From: an uncultured Planctomycetota bacterium
GTDB lineage: Bacteria > Planctomycetota > Phycisphaerae > Tepidisphaerales > Tepidisphaeraceae
Length of the DNA: 64,000 nucleotides
Direction of reading: 5' to 3'
Assembly: GCA_963841915.1 (NCBI GenBank)
Contig: CAWJEN010000005.1
Span: 192,001 to 256,000 of the forward strand
Shown here: in pieces, positions 18,256 through 26,976 of the stretch
Layout: each line of letters starts with the position of its first letter
Numbering within the stretch: the first letter of the stretch is position 1
Notes under the pieces: generated by a model
Database searches by the model: none
Told to the model about the DNA's origin: nothing
What the model saw: only the letters and a program-made list of their open reading frames with translations
Translations under genes and position numbers: made by a program

Positions 18256-19180
18256 CAACACCTTCGCCCCCGGCATCTATGCCGACATCCCGCCGGCAAC
18301 CTACCACGCCATCGAGGCCGTCAGCAGCAGCATTCTCAAGCGGATGCACACGACCAGCCCGCTGCACGCCCAGCACCTCGCCGCCGAGGGCATGGCCGAC
18401 AGCAAGGCCTTGACGTTCGGCGACAGCTGCCACGCCGCACTGCTCGAGCCGGACCGCTTCGATGCCGAGTACGTCGTGGCTGGTCAGTGCAACGCCAATA
18501 AGAAGGACAGCACACGTTGCAGCAACCAGGGCACGCGGCAGTTCGCCCGCGAGACGTGCGGCGAGCATGAGCCGGCCCTCGACCCGTGGTTCTGCGGCGT
18601 CCACGCGAAGTCAGCCGACGCCGAGCTGGAGATCACGCCCGAACGGCTCGTCAGCCGCGAGGAACGCGACCGGCTCATTCGCATCCGCCGCCGGCTATGG
18701 AGCGACAACGCAACACGGCCGGCACTTGAGCAGGCCACGCGGGTCGAGCTGACCGTCATCTGGCAAGACGAGGCCACGGGCCTGCTGTGCAAGGCACGGC
18801 CTGACCTGCTGATCGAGCAGGACGTGCGGGTCATGTACGACCTCAAGACGACCAGCGCCGCGACGTTGCGCGAGTTCGAGCGAAAAGCCGGCGGCCTCGC
18901 GTACCACCTGCAGCTTGCGATGTACGCCGACGGCCTCGCCGCCAACGGCATCGACATCGACCACGCCGGCATCATCGCCGTCGAGTCAGCAGCCCCGCAT
19001 GACGTGGTCCGCTGGGTCGCGACGGACGACTACATGAGCGAGGGCTACGCCGCGTTCCGTGCCGCGATCGAGTTGTACGCCGACTGCAGCAACGCCGGCA
19101 CATGGCCGGGCGTGGCGGCCGGGACGCCCAAAGCGCTCAACCTTCCCCCCTACCTCCGCAACCAGAACACAGAGCTATGA
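18248..19180 (+). CDS. RecE/exonuclease VIII-like PD-(D/E)XK nuclease
   Basis: YHA..AVSSS, G...HAALLEP, CKARPD, DLKTT, YHLQLAMY. Confidence 0.88.
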   Translation: MNSNTFAPGIYADIPPATYHAIEAVSSSILKRMHTTSPLHAQHLAAEGMADSKALTFGDSCHAALLEPDRFDAEYVVAGQCNANKKDSTRCSNQGTRQFARETCGEHEPALDPWFCGVHAKSADAELEITPERLVSREERDRLIRIRRRLWSDNATRPALEQATRVELTVIWQDEATGLLCKARPDLLIEQDVRVMYDLKTTSAATLREFERKAGGLAYHLQLAMYADGLAANGIDIDHAGIIAVESAAPHDVVRWVATDDYMSEGYAAFRAAIELYADCSNAGTWPGVAAGTPKALNLPPYLRNQNTEL

Positions 19181-20145
19181 GCGACACCACCGAAAACAAG
19201 CAGAACGCGATCGAGCCACGCCGTTCGATGTCCATGACATCGCGTGGCCTGCAGCCTGAGAACTTTGACGACCTCTGGCGGCTTGCAACAGCGATCGACC
19301 GCAGCGGCCTTGCTCCGAAGGACATGCGCACGCCCGAGACGATCTTCGTCGCATTGGAAATGGGCCTCGAGCTTGGCCTACCGGCCATGGCTTCGCTGCG
19401 GCAGATCGCGGTCATCAACGGCAGGCCGTCGATATGGGGCGATGCCGCGTTGGCCCTCTGCAAAGCGAGCGGAGAACTCGAAGACTTCGAGGAATACGTC
19501 GAGGGCGACTATGAGGACATGGTGGCGACAGTGAAGGTTAAGCGGAGAGGTTTCTCCCGCCCCGTCGTCCAGACCTTCAGCGTCGATGACGCCAAGCGTG
19601 CCGGGCTCCTTGGCAAGTCCGGGCCGTGGCAGCAGTACCGGGCCCGCATGTTGAAGCTGAGGGCTCGCGGCTTCGCGCTTCGCGACACGTTCGCCGACGT
19701 GCTGCAGGGCCTGTATCTAGCGGAGGAAGCCCAGGACATCCCGCCAGACGAGCCGAAGCCTCGCAAGGTCGACAGCCGGGCGGTCACCAATGACGCGTTG
19801 GCCGCTTTGCCAGACCACAGCGACAGCAGCCCGGCGGTGACGGGCGTCATCAAGCCGCCAAACGACGAGCCCGAGGCCAAGACGGAACGGATGGAACGAC
19901 CCGAGCACGACGACGAAGGCGAGGTTGCCGCCGAGTCACCAGCCGACAAAGCCAAGCCCGAAGATCCGCGACGGGATCGCAAGCCGGGTCACTACGACGC
20001 GGACGAGATAGACGACCAGCCGCCGCCCGACGTCATGCCAGCTGCCGAGCAGAAGGCGAAAGAGGCCGAGCTGCCTGACATGAACAACGCCTGGGAGCTC
20101 GATCAGGAGTCGGACGGTCAGTCAGCCATGGCGGCCGGGGCATAG
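19177..20145 (+). CDS. RecT-like single-strand annealing protein
   Basis: Coupled to the RecE-like gene; GLELGL..IAVINGRPSIWGD, AKRAGL, PWQQY..RML, RDTFADVLQGL. Confidence 0.85.
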   Translation: MSDTTENKQNAIEPRRSMSMTSRGLQPENFDDLWRLATAIDRSGLAPKDMRTPETIFVALEMGLELGLPAMASLRQIAVINGRPSIWGDAALALCKASGELEDFEEYVEGDYEDMVATVKVKRRGFSRPVVQTFSVDDAKRAGLLGKSGPWQQYRARMLKLRARGFALRDTFADVLQGLYLAEEAQDIPPDEPKPRKVDSRAVTNDALAALPDHSDSSPAVTGVIKPPNDEPEAKTERMERPEHDDEGEVAAESPADKAKPEDPRRDRKPGHYDADEIDDQPPPDVMPAAEQKAKEAELPDMNNAWELDQESDGQSAMAAGA

Positions 20146-20280
20146 CTGGAAGTACGGGCCGGAGTCATGCAGCGGGCGGTCAGCCCGGCCCGGGCGGCGA
20201 CAAGTCGCCCAGCAAACACCCGCAGCGGCCCCGTGTGAGTACCCACGGAAGACACCGCCGAGTAGTTCACGAGACGAACA

Positions 20281-20416
20281 GGCAGCCGGATCAGCGGCTG
20301 CCGACCACCCTGCCGCCGACCTCACGCGGCGGCAGGGCTTCGGGCGGATGGGATTGAGGTGATGCGATGCACGCGGCGTCGGCACACCTCGCCGGGTTCG
20401 ACTCCCGGCCCGCCCT
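20281..20416 (+). ncRNA. Structured non-coding segment ending in a tRNA-like element (20342-20416)
   Basis: Two perfect hairpins, then GGGCGG/CCGCCC acceptor-like stem and canonical T-arm CCGGG-TTCGACT-CCCGG; no D-arm or standard anticodon arm. Confidence 0.5.
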
Positions 20417-20454
20417 TCACGACGCCGCACAACTTCACCCGCAGGACACGTCAC

Positions 20455-21081
20455 ATGCCCACTGGATACGAACCAGCCCCAGACACCGTCGATGCCATGA
20501 TCAACCGGCTCATCGACCTGAACCACCCAGACCTCCAGAAGTCGAAACCGACGATCACAGCGTTGATGGCGTTCGAGATCCTGCCGGACTCGGAAGACGG
20601 CGAATCACGCAAGCCCGGTCCGTGCCTTCGCCGGTTCGGCTTCAACGTGCCGGCACGCACGCGGATCACCAGCCTCGAGCAACGCGTGGGCGGCATGGAT
20701 GACATCGTGCTGCAGATCGATGACCACTCGTGGAAGGAGCTTGACCAGATGAAACGGGAGGCCGTTCTCGATCAGCAACTTCACAGCCTGGAGGTGATGC
20801 GAGACGCCGACGGAGCGGACAAGGAAGACGACGCCGGTCGGCCAAAGTTCCGCATCAAGCGGCCCGACTGGCTCGTCAGCGGGTACGAGACGATCGCCAG
20901 GCGTTACGGCCACGACTCGCCCGAGATCAGGTCGTGGAAGAAGGAGTCGGCTCGATTCAACCAGCTGCAATTCAACTGGAGCGAGGAAAACGAAGCCGTC
21001 GCCGCCAAGGCCAAGGGAGCAAAGAAGACAGCGAAGAAACCGGCTGTCGGGACGGGCTCGGCCTCCGTTCCGGTTCAGTAG
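20455..21081 (+). CDS. Phage metallopeptidase-like protein (HExxH degenerate)
   Basis: HPDL..I, W..LD...REAVLDQQLHSL, RIKRPD, ARRYG pattern. Confidence 0.65.
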   Translation: MPTGYEPAPDTVDAMINRLIDLNHPDLQKSKPTITALMAFEILPDSEDGESRKPGPCLRRFGFNVPARTRITSLEQRVGGMDDIVLQIDDHSWKELDQMKREAVLDQQLHSLEVMRDADGADKEDDAGRPKFRIKRPDWLVSGYETIARRYGHDSPEIRSWKKESARFNQLQFNWSEENEAVAAKAKGAKKTAKKPAVGTGSASVPVQ

Positions 21082-21171
21082 TCACGCCCGGACGAGCTGC
21101 CGCTAACGCGGCCGCTCGTTCTTACCGGTCGCACAACGCGGCCAACCCATGACCCGCAGGACGCACCCATC

Positions 21172-21567
21172 ATGCTCGTTCTTCAGCTTCTGACCGATCA
21201 ACGCATCATCCTCCGCGACCGAGACACAGACGCTGCCATCGCAGTCGTCGCCGTGACGCAAATCGGCCGCGGCAAGGTCCGGCTCGGCATATCGGCACCT
21301 GACACGGTCATCGCAGACCGCGAGGCGATCGACAACGCCAAGCAGGCAGCACGCCAACGCGGCGGACCATCGCTGCCGGTGCCGCCGGTGACCGTGGCCG
21401 AGACGCCGTATCTGCAGCCGGCGGATAGCCGCAAGCGGTGCAACTGCGGCCCACTCGACATGATCGAGAGCCGCAGCCTCCGCGGACGTTGCGACAAGTG
21501 CGGCCACAGGATCAACACGCACGCGCCGATCGTTCGGCCGACCCTGACGCTGAGGAGCCCGCAATGA
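21172..21567 (+). CDS. CsrA/RsmA-like RNA-binding protein with C-terminal Cys extension
   Basis: MLVL..., KVRLGISAP.TV..DRE matches the CsrA pattern; CNC..CDKC tail. Confidence 0.75.
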   Translation: MLVLQLLTDQRIILRDRDTDAAIAVVAVTQIGRGKVRLGISAPDTVIADREAIDNAKQAARQRGGPSLPVPPVTVAETPYLQPADSRKRCNCGPLDMIESRSLRGRCDKCGHRINTHAPIVRPTLTLRSPQ

Positions 21568-21824
21568 GCGAAGCCGACACGTTCTACACAACGGCGGAGC
21601 TGGCGACGCGCTGGAAAGTTAGCGAAGACACCGCCGCCCGTCGGATCGATGAGTACGACCTCGCCCTGCCGTTCAAGCCCCGCCGCGTACCGGCTGCTCG
21701 CCTCGCCAAGTTTGAGAACGCCAGCGGCACGCAGGAGGTGTCGGGCAGCGTCGCCAAGAAGAAGCCGGGCCGCAAGCCCAAGCACCGCCCGGCAATCGAC
21801 CACAGCGTCCTGGCCGGCCTCTAG
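21564..21824 (+). CDS. Excisionase-like HTH protein
   Basis: FYTTAELATRWKVSEDT; ATGA-coupled; near integrase. Confidence 0.75.
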   Translation: MSEADTFYTTAELATRWKVSEDTAARRIDEYDLALPFKPRRVPAARLAKFENASGTQEVSGSVAKKKPGRKPKHRPAIDHSVLAGL

Positions 21825-21862
21825 GCCGCCGCCGTTCCCACCCCCACCTGACCCCAACGCCC

Positions 21863-22333
21863 ATGAGCAAGTCCAAACCACATACGCATGACGCCGCGGT
21901 GCTGAAAGCGGGAGAGTGGCTGCAACGCATTCGCAGGTGCGACGTCGTTCTGCTCGAGCCTGTCGTCGCCAACAGGCGTGTGAGCGAGTGCCCGGATGGC
22001 TACGGCATTGCCCCTGATGGCAGCCACGTCGTTGAATGCAAGGTCAGCATCACTGACTTTGTTCGCGACAAGCACAAGCCGTTCCGCCAAGTTCCGAGTG
22101 AAGGCATGGGGCGATGGCGTTGGTACATGACACCCGCCGGCCTCATCGACGCTCCGTGCTTTGATCGTAATGCGCCAGACGGATGGGGCTGGGTCGAATA
22201 CGGCAAGGGCCGCTGCGGCTTTCGCATATTAAGGCGAGCTGAGCCGTTCGACGCGGTGAGTTTTGCGGAGCCGCTGATGCTCCGCATGCGGCTTACTGAG
22301 AACGTCCGCAGCCGTCGCCAGCAAGCCGCCTGA
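21863..22333 (+). CDS. PD-(D/E)XK nuclease-like phage protein (MmcB-like)
   Basis: ECPDG..VVECKVS..DF..D..KPFR...MG.WRWY..P.GLI. Confidence 0.7.
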   Translation: MSKSKPHTHDAAVLKAGEWLQRIRRCDVVLLEPVVANRRVSECPDGYGIAPDGSHVVECKVSITDFVRDKHKPFRQVPSEGMGRWRWYMTPAGLIDAPCFDRNAPDGWGWVEYGKGRCGFRILRRAEPFDAVSFAEPLMLRMRLTENVRSRRQQAA

Positions 22334-22413
22334 CCCCTTCCCCCGCCTGACCCCAAAGCCCATGCACGACAACAACAACCAGCCCAGCAACGAACAGCTT
22401 AAGGAGCCGACCG

Positions 22414-22728
22414 ATGTTGTTTGATTTTTTCTACGAGATCGATCCACCATTCCGTCCGTTGGTAGACGGAGACTTGATTCCGGTCCAGCCACCGGACCTT
22501 GGCGGTTCCGTTCTCATTGCAGAAGTCGTAGTCGTGGACGGGCGGAGGTTTGTTGTTGCATACGGCGACGTTGTCGGTTTCGCGCCGATCGTGATGGCGG
22601 GTCCCCGAACCTTGATTGTCTGGAGAAAAGCCGACCTCGGAAACGAGGTTGCTGCCCGCTACGTCGGCCGCGTCTTCGCATCGATTGAAGCCGCCCGGGC
22701 CGAGCTCGACCCGCTAGAGGCCGAATGA
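22414..22728 (+). CDS. Hypothetical protein
   Basis: AAGGAG SD upstream of ATG; 104 aa. Confidence 0.55.
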   Translation: MLFDFFYEIDPPFRPLVDGDLIPVQPPDLGGSVLIAEVVVVDGRRFVVAYGDVVGFAPIVMAGPRTLIVWRKADLGNEVAARYVGRVFASIEAARAELDPLEAE

Positions 22729-22788
22729 CCACGAGCGATCGCGCGAAAACACGCCCCAAACCCGCCTGACCAGTTGCCCGACCGGCCT

Positions 22789-24057
22789 CTAGCCATCCCT
22801 AAGCCACTCCCGAACATGCCCGGAAACTTTCTCCAACCTCGACCACGGCGGATGCTCGTAGATCGCGTCGATGCCGCTCGGCTTGTGACCGGACACGGTG
22901 CGAGCTGCCACCGGATCGCCGGCCCCGCCGCTAATGCTGCGATGAGTGTGACGCACGCCGTGGATGCCCTTGCCGGGTGCCTTGATGCCGGCGGCCGCCT
23001 TGAGCTTGGCAAACGCCTGAGCGACGGCGGACTGTTTCGAGCCGCCGACGGGTGCACCGTCGTCATCGACCACGAGGTCATCACGGACCCACGGCAGGCC
23101 ACGCGAGGTGCGAAACAACAGCTCATCACCCGGCCGCGTCTCTGCCAGTCGCTGCAGCACGACATCGAGGGCGGCCCGCGTCTCAGGCCACAGCGGCACG
23201 AGGTGATCGACGTCCGTCTTAGGTCGCCACTCATCGACGCGGCCGAAGCTACCCGCCTTGAGGTGCAACGCCGCGACAGGAAGCTGAGCGAGCTCGCCCG
23301 CGTGATACCCGCCGTTGATCGCAAGCCACACCATGGCACGGATCTGGACCGCCGACTCCCGCATCCGCGAATGCACGCCGCCGCCACGGCCGGCGATGCT
23401 CGAGCGACCAACGCCACGGCCGGCAGCCCGCAGCAGCGCCCGCACCTCGGCACGGTCGAACATCTTGTCACGACCACGACGACCCGTCAGCCGGTGGTCG
23501 GGTGCACGCAGGTCGGCCATGAAGCTACGGCCAAACGCCGGCACGCGATCAATGACCTCGTCGTCTGCGGCAGCCCTAAACATCGTCTTCGCGAGCGACA
23601 GCATCAGCCGCCGCGTCCGTTCGCCCTTGGCCTTGGCAAAGACGCCGGCACGCAGCACGCGGAACGCAGCCGGGCCGATCACCTCGGCGGGCTCGTGGCG
23701 GCCGAGGTGATCGAGCACGAGGCCGACAGCGTCGCGGCATTCGCCGAAGTAGGACGGAGTCAACTTGCCGGAGAGCAAAGCTTCCTGCTGACCGCCGAGC
23801 CAGTAGGCCGCGACGTCGGCGACGGTCGGGCCATCGACACGAGGCCGAGCCGACCCGTCAGGCGGCAGGCCCCAACGCAGCCGCAACGCCGGGGCGTTCG
23901 CTTCCCAATACGCCAGGGCCTCATCGGCCGGCAGCTTGCCGCAGACGTGGCGAACCTTGCCGCCGATTTTCTTCACCCAGCCGCGAGCGTGCGGAGTCAA
24001 CGGGAACGACGGGTACGGCTTAACGACAGGCCATTCTTTGCTCGTGGATCGGGCCAT
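22789..24057 (-). CDS. Tyrosine recombinase/integrase
   Basis: KPYPSFPLTPH..WVKKI.GK arm-binding N-terminus, RPKT, HGVRHT, GH and IY catalytic motifs; adjacent to att core. Confidence 0.92.
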   Translation of the reverse strand: MARSTSKEWPVVKPYPSFPLTPHARGWVKKIGGKVRHVCGKLPADEALAYWEANAPALRLRWGLPPDGSARPRVDGPTVADVAAYWLGGQQEALLSGKLTPSYFGECRDAVGLVLDHLGRHEPAEVIGPAAFRVLRAGVFAKAKGERTRRLMLSLAKTMFRAAADDEVIDRVPAFGRSFMADLRAPDHRLTGRRGRDKMFDRAEVRALLRAAGRGVGRSSIAGRGGGVHSRMRESAVQIRAMVWLAINGGYHAGELAQLPVAALHLKAGSFGRVDEWRPKTDVDHLVPLWPETRAALDVVLQRLAETRPGDELLFRTSRGLPWVRDDLVVDDDGAPVGGSKQSAVAQAFAKLKAAAGIKAPGKGIHGVRHTHRSISGGAGDPVAARTVSGHKPSGIDAIYEHPPWSRLEKVSGHVREWLRDG

Positions 24058-24059
24058 AG

Positions 24060-24081
24060 GTCACAACCTTCGTCACAACCT
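24060..24081. repeat. Tandem 10-bp direct repeat GTCACAACCT x2 (candidate integrase arm sites)
   Basis: Copies at 24060-24069 and 24072-24081 between int start and att core. Confidence 0.55.
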
Positions 24082-24244
24082 CGTTCAGCCAAAACGGCCA
24101 TAGCAGGCCGCCAGAGCGGGCGAGCCCGCAGGTTGCAAGCTACACGCGGACATCGCACGCAGCCACTCGGAATCGTCTTTTATCAGGACGCCAGGGCCGA
24201 ACGAGCTACAGTCAGAGCGTCGCAAGCGTTCGCCACGCTGGCGA

Positions 24245-24286
24245 CTTTTAACCGGAGTGTCGTGGGTTCGAATCCCACCCGGTCCA
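24245..24286 (+). other. att core: 3' half of tRNA-Lys(UUU)
   Basis: CTTTTAA anticodon loop, CCGGA, GTGTC, T-arm GTGGG-TTCGAAT-CCCAC, acceptor CCGGTCC-A; no matching 5' half upstream. Confidence 0.88.
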
Positions 24287-24309
24287 CTTCCCGATGCGTT
24301 GTCGCAGAT

Positions 24310-25083
24310 ATGCCGCTCGCCCGTGACGATGCCGTCTGCTTGAGGATCACGCCTTTCGGCGAGACGTCACAGGTCGTCTCGGTTCTGTGTCGTGAACGCG
24401 GCCGGGTACGGCTGCTGGTCAAGGGGGCCAGGCGTCGAACCAAGGCCGGCAAGGGCAAGTTCGACGGCGGACTCGAGTCGTTGGATTTGGGGCACGTGTT
24501 GTTCGCCCACGTGCCAGATCGCGACCTGAGCGTCATGACGGAGTGGAAATTGCTCGATGGGCATCGACACCTGCGTCATGACCTGCGGGCGATGTGGCTG
24601 GGCATGTACGCAGCCGAGCTCGTCGACCGCCTTATCGAGGAGCACGACCCGCACCCGAAGCTGTACGACGGGTTTCTCAGGCTGCTGTCGCGGCTGACAG
24701 AGGATCAGACCCGAGAAGCCGTTATGGTCGCATTCGTGCTTAATCTGATTCGGCAAGCCGGCATTCTGCCCGACTTTGCGGTGTGTCACGACGGCACACC
24801 GACGCATCGGGCGCTGGCTGACCAGGACACGCTCAGCTTCGACGCCGACCGGGCGGTGCTGCATCGCGGCGATGAGGATGTGCCAAGCGACGCGCGGCCG
24901 GTTGCAGCGGAGGGCGTGGCAGTGATTCTGTCCCTGCTTCGGCTGACCCGCACAGGCGGCGAGATCCCGACGATCGACCGATCCGACGCCGACGCTGCCC
25001 ATCGGCTCCTGGCAACGCACCTTCGACATCAGACCGATGCCCGGCTGCGGACCGCCCGCTTCGTCTTCCACGAGCGGCTCTGA
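24310..25083 (+). CDS. recO: DNA repair protein RecO
   Basis: DDAVCLR...FGETSQVV.VL.RERGRV.LLVKGARR; YAAELV; HDPHPKLY. Confidence 0.92.
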   Translation: MPLARDDAVCLRITPFGETSQVVSVLCRERGRVRLLVKGARRRTKAGKGKFDGGLESLDLGHVLFAHVPDRDLSVMTEWKLLDGHRHLRHDLRAMWLGMYAAELVDRLIEEHDPHPKLYDGFLRLLSRLTEDQTREAVMVAFVLNLIRQAGILPDFAVCHDGTPTHRALADQDTLSFDADRAVLHRGDEDVPSDARPVAAEGVAVILSLLRLTRTGGEIPTIDRSDADAAHRLLATHLRHQTDARLRTARFVFHERL

Positions 25084-25090
25084 CCGCAAA

Positions 25091-26263
25091 TCAGTACGGG
25101 GCGTTGTCGCCACGCTGCCACCACTCTTCGCCGTCGTCTTCGTCTTCTTCGCTGTCCGTGCCGAGGTCGGGCTCGCCTTGGCGAACGACGGCTGTGAGCG
25201 CTCCTGCAAAGGCTTCGGCTGCCATCTGCAGCACGCGGCTCTCACGGTCGCCGAGCGGCTTGTCGTCGCGACGCGTCAAGACAATTGTGGCCAAAGGCTC
25301 GGCTAAGTACGTGCAACGGGCGGCCAGCACCACGTGGTCGACAAGCTGGGAAAGCTCCGCATCCAAAACGTCGATCTCCGGCAGCATGGCCTCGGGCTCG
25401 GCACGGAAGACCGCGCCTTCTGTCTCATCTTCAACCCGCGGCAGGACGACTGTCGACAGCCACTCGACGACCGCTGCCTCACCGGCCACGGTGTGCTTCA
25501 TGTACGCCCCAAGCTCCGAGCGCCCCTCGTCATCGTCAAGGAAGATGGCAATGTTGCAATGCCCCGCGTGCCGCAGCAGCCAGTCCATTGTGTGGCACAG
25601 CAACTGCTCGAGATCAGCCGCTCCGCCGAGCAGAGAGCGGAGGTGGCCGCCGAGGCGGACTTCCTCGACCTGCTTGGCCACGTCGCCGTAACCGTCGACA
25701 AAATCGTTGCACAGCACGTCGACCTTCTGACTCACGGCCCGACGGGCGATGTTGAGCGTCCGAACAGCCGCCCGCAGGCGGTCGAGGCGGCGGTCGAACT
25801 TGTCCTCGCTCCACGCCTTCCCGGCCACGCGGCGTAAACGCTTCTGCAGATCCGCGGCATCCACCAGGGCAGACGGAACATAGTCGCACGCGCCGCGTTG
25901 CACGGCGAGCACTGCTCGGTCGAGCGTCGGCTGGCGGTCTGCGACGACGATGGGAACTGGTGCCTGCGTAAGTTGGCGACTCATCGAGAGTAGCGTGCTG
26001 TCGTCGGAGCTGGTCACGACAGCGACCGGCCCATCACATGCCTCGATCTCGCTGACGATCTCGTCGGCGTTTACACGCCGAACGTTGCCGTTGGTAGCGT
26101 CGCGAACGGCCCGCACCTCTTCCGTGTCACTTGCTACTACAAGCCACGACATGTCAGCGACGGCACGGGCGGCAATCTTGCGACCGGCGGCGCGGCCGAC
26201 GCGACGGCGGCGAACGGGTTGGACTACAGGCGAAGTGGCGGAGGGCGTCATTGGTGGTGGCAA
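25091..26263 (-). CDS. Response-regulator-like protein with coiled coil and GAF-like domain
   Basis: AVLAVQRGACDYV receiver-like motif; coiled coil; LEQLLCHTMDWLL region. Confidence 0.7.
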   Translation of the reverse strand: MPPPMTPSATSPVVQPVRRRRVGRAAGRKIAARAVADMSWLVVASDTEEVRAVRDATNGNVRRVNADEIVSEIEACDGPVAVVTSSDDSTLLSMSRQLTQAPVPIVVADRQPTLDRAVLAVQRGACDYVPSALVDAADLQKRLRRVAGKAWSEDKFDRRLDRLRAAVRTLNIARRAVSQKVDVLCNDFVDGYGDVAKQVEEVRLGGHLRSLLGGAADLEQLLCHTMDWLLRHAGHCNIAIFLDDDEGRSELGAYMKHTVAGEAAVVEWLSTVVLPRVEDETEGAVFRAEPEAMLPEIDVLDAELSQLVDHVVLAARCTYLAEPLATIVLTRRDDKPLGDRESRVLQMAAEAFAGALTAVVRQGEPDLGTDSEEDEDDGEEWWQRGDNAPY

Positions 26264-26451
26264 AGCAACGGCGTGCGGTTCGGGCGCAAATGCCCGTCCG
26301 CTGTTGCGTCGTCATCGCCACGAGCCAACTTGATGCCGCTGCCGACGACCCTGCTACCTGTCGACATCGCCTTCAACTATTGGACGCTGTTCACGCGAAG
26401 CGGGCGACCTGTAGAAGGTCGCCCGCTTCATGAACTAGTAAAGGACTTGCC

Positions 26452-26859
26452 TCAGACGCCTTCAGGTTCGTCAGGCGTATTGAGCATGGTCGCACCGACG
26501 TTGCCCGTCGCCGTCGCAGCCGGAGCTGTGACTCCGACCGACTCAGTGGCCGCGGGAGCTTCCTGGATCCGACGCATCGTCAGCTCGACCACGTCGGCAG
26601 AGGGTGTCGGCACTTGCATGGCGTCGAGCAGCCCGAGCAACTGCCCGGCGTGCTTAGTGCGATCAGCCAGCGAAGCCGAAGCGGCCTTGGCATCAGGATC
26701 AAGCAAGACATCGACCGCGTTGGCGTCAACCGCCTGAAGCCGAAAGTCGGCGGACGTTGCGGAAGGTTGGGGGTTCATCGCGGGCTCCAAAGCAATCGGA
26801 TCAAAGGTGCAGCGGCAAAGCGGCGTTGGGTAGTCGACGAGCCTCGACAGGTAAGCCAA
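26452..26859 (-). CDS. Hypothetical protein downstream of ECF sigma (possible anti-sigma; start uncertain)
   Basis: Follows sigma gene; LLGLLD...P.PSADVV..TMRRI. Confidence 0.55.
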   Translation of the reverse strand: MAYLSRLVDYPTPLCRCTFDPIALEPAMNPQPSATSADFRLQAVDANAVDVLLDPDAKAASASLADRTKHAGQLLGLLDAMQVPTPSADVVELTMRRIQEAPAATESVGVTAPAATATGNVGATMLNTPDEPEGV

Positions 26860-26976
26860 GGTCGTGGCTGCCTCATTTCATCGGCAGCATCGTCTTCGTC
26901 TGTTTGCTACGACAACCGATGACAAGCGTTCGGTCAAGTTCTGAAAAGGGAACTGACGGTCGAATCTGCACATCCT

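Larger units (their letters stand above)
1..24286. mobile_element. Prophage (lambda-like siphovirus), left end outside window, right end at tRNA-Lys att core
   Basis: Contiguous terminase-portal-protease-capsid-tail-tape measure genes, cI/cro-like divergent pair, RecE/RecT-like genes, tyrosine integrase, then a tRNA 3' fragment followed by host recO. Confidence 0.95.

Noticed and set aside
20146..20360. CsrB-like GGA sponge RNA partnered with the phage CsrA
   Set aside because: Only about six GGA in ~210 nt, near chance for this GC content, and mostly not in hairpin loops.
24200..24290. Intact tRNA-Lys gene
   Set aside because: No 5' acceptor strand, D-arm or 5' anticodon stem; it is an att fragment.
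22774..25083. 769-aa plus-strand ORF
   Set aside because: It is the antisense shadow of the integrase running through the att site into recO; only 24310-25083 looks like a real protein.
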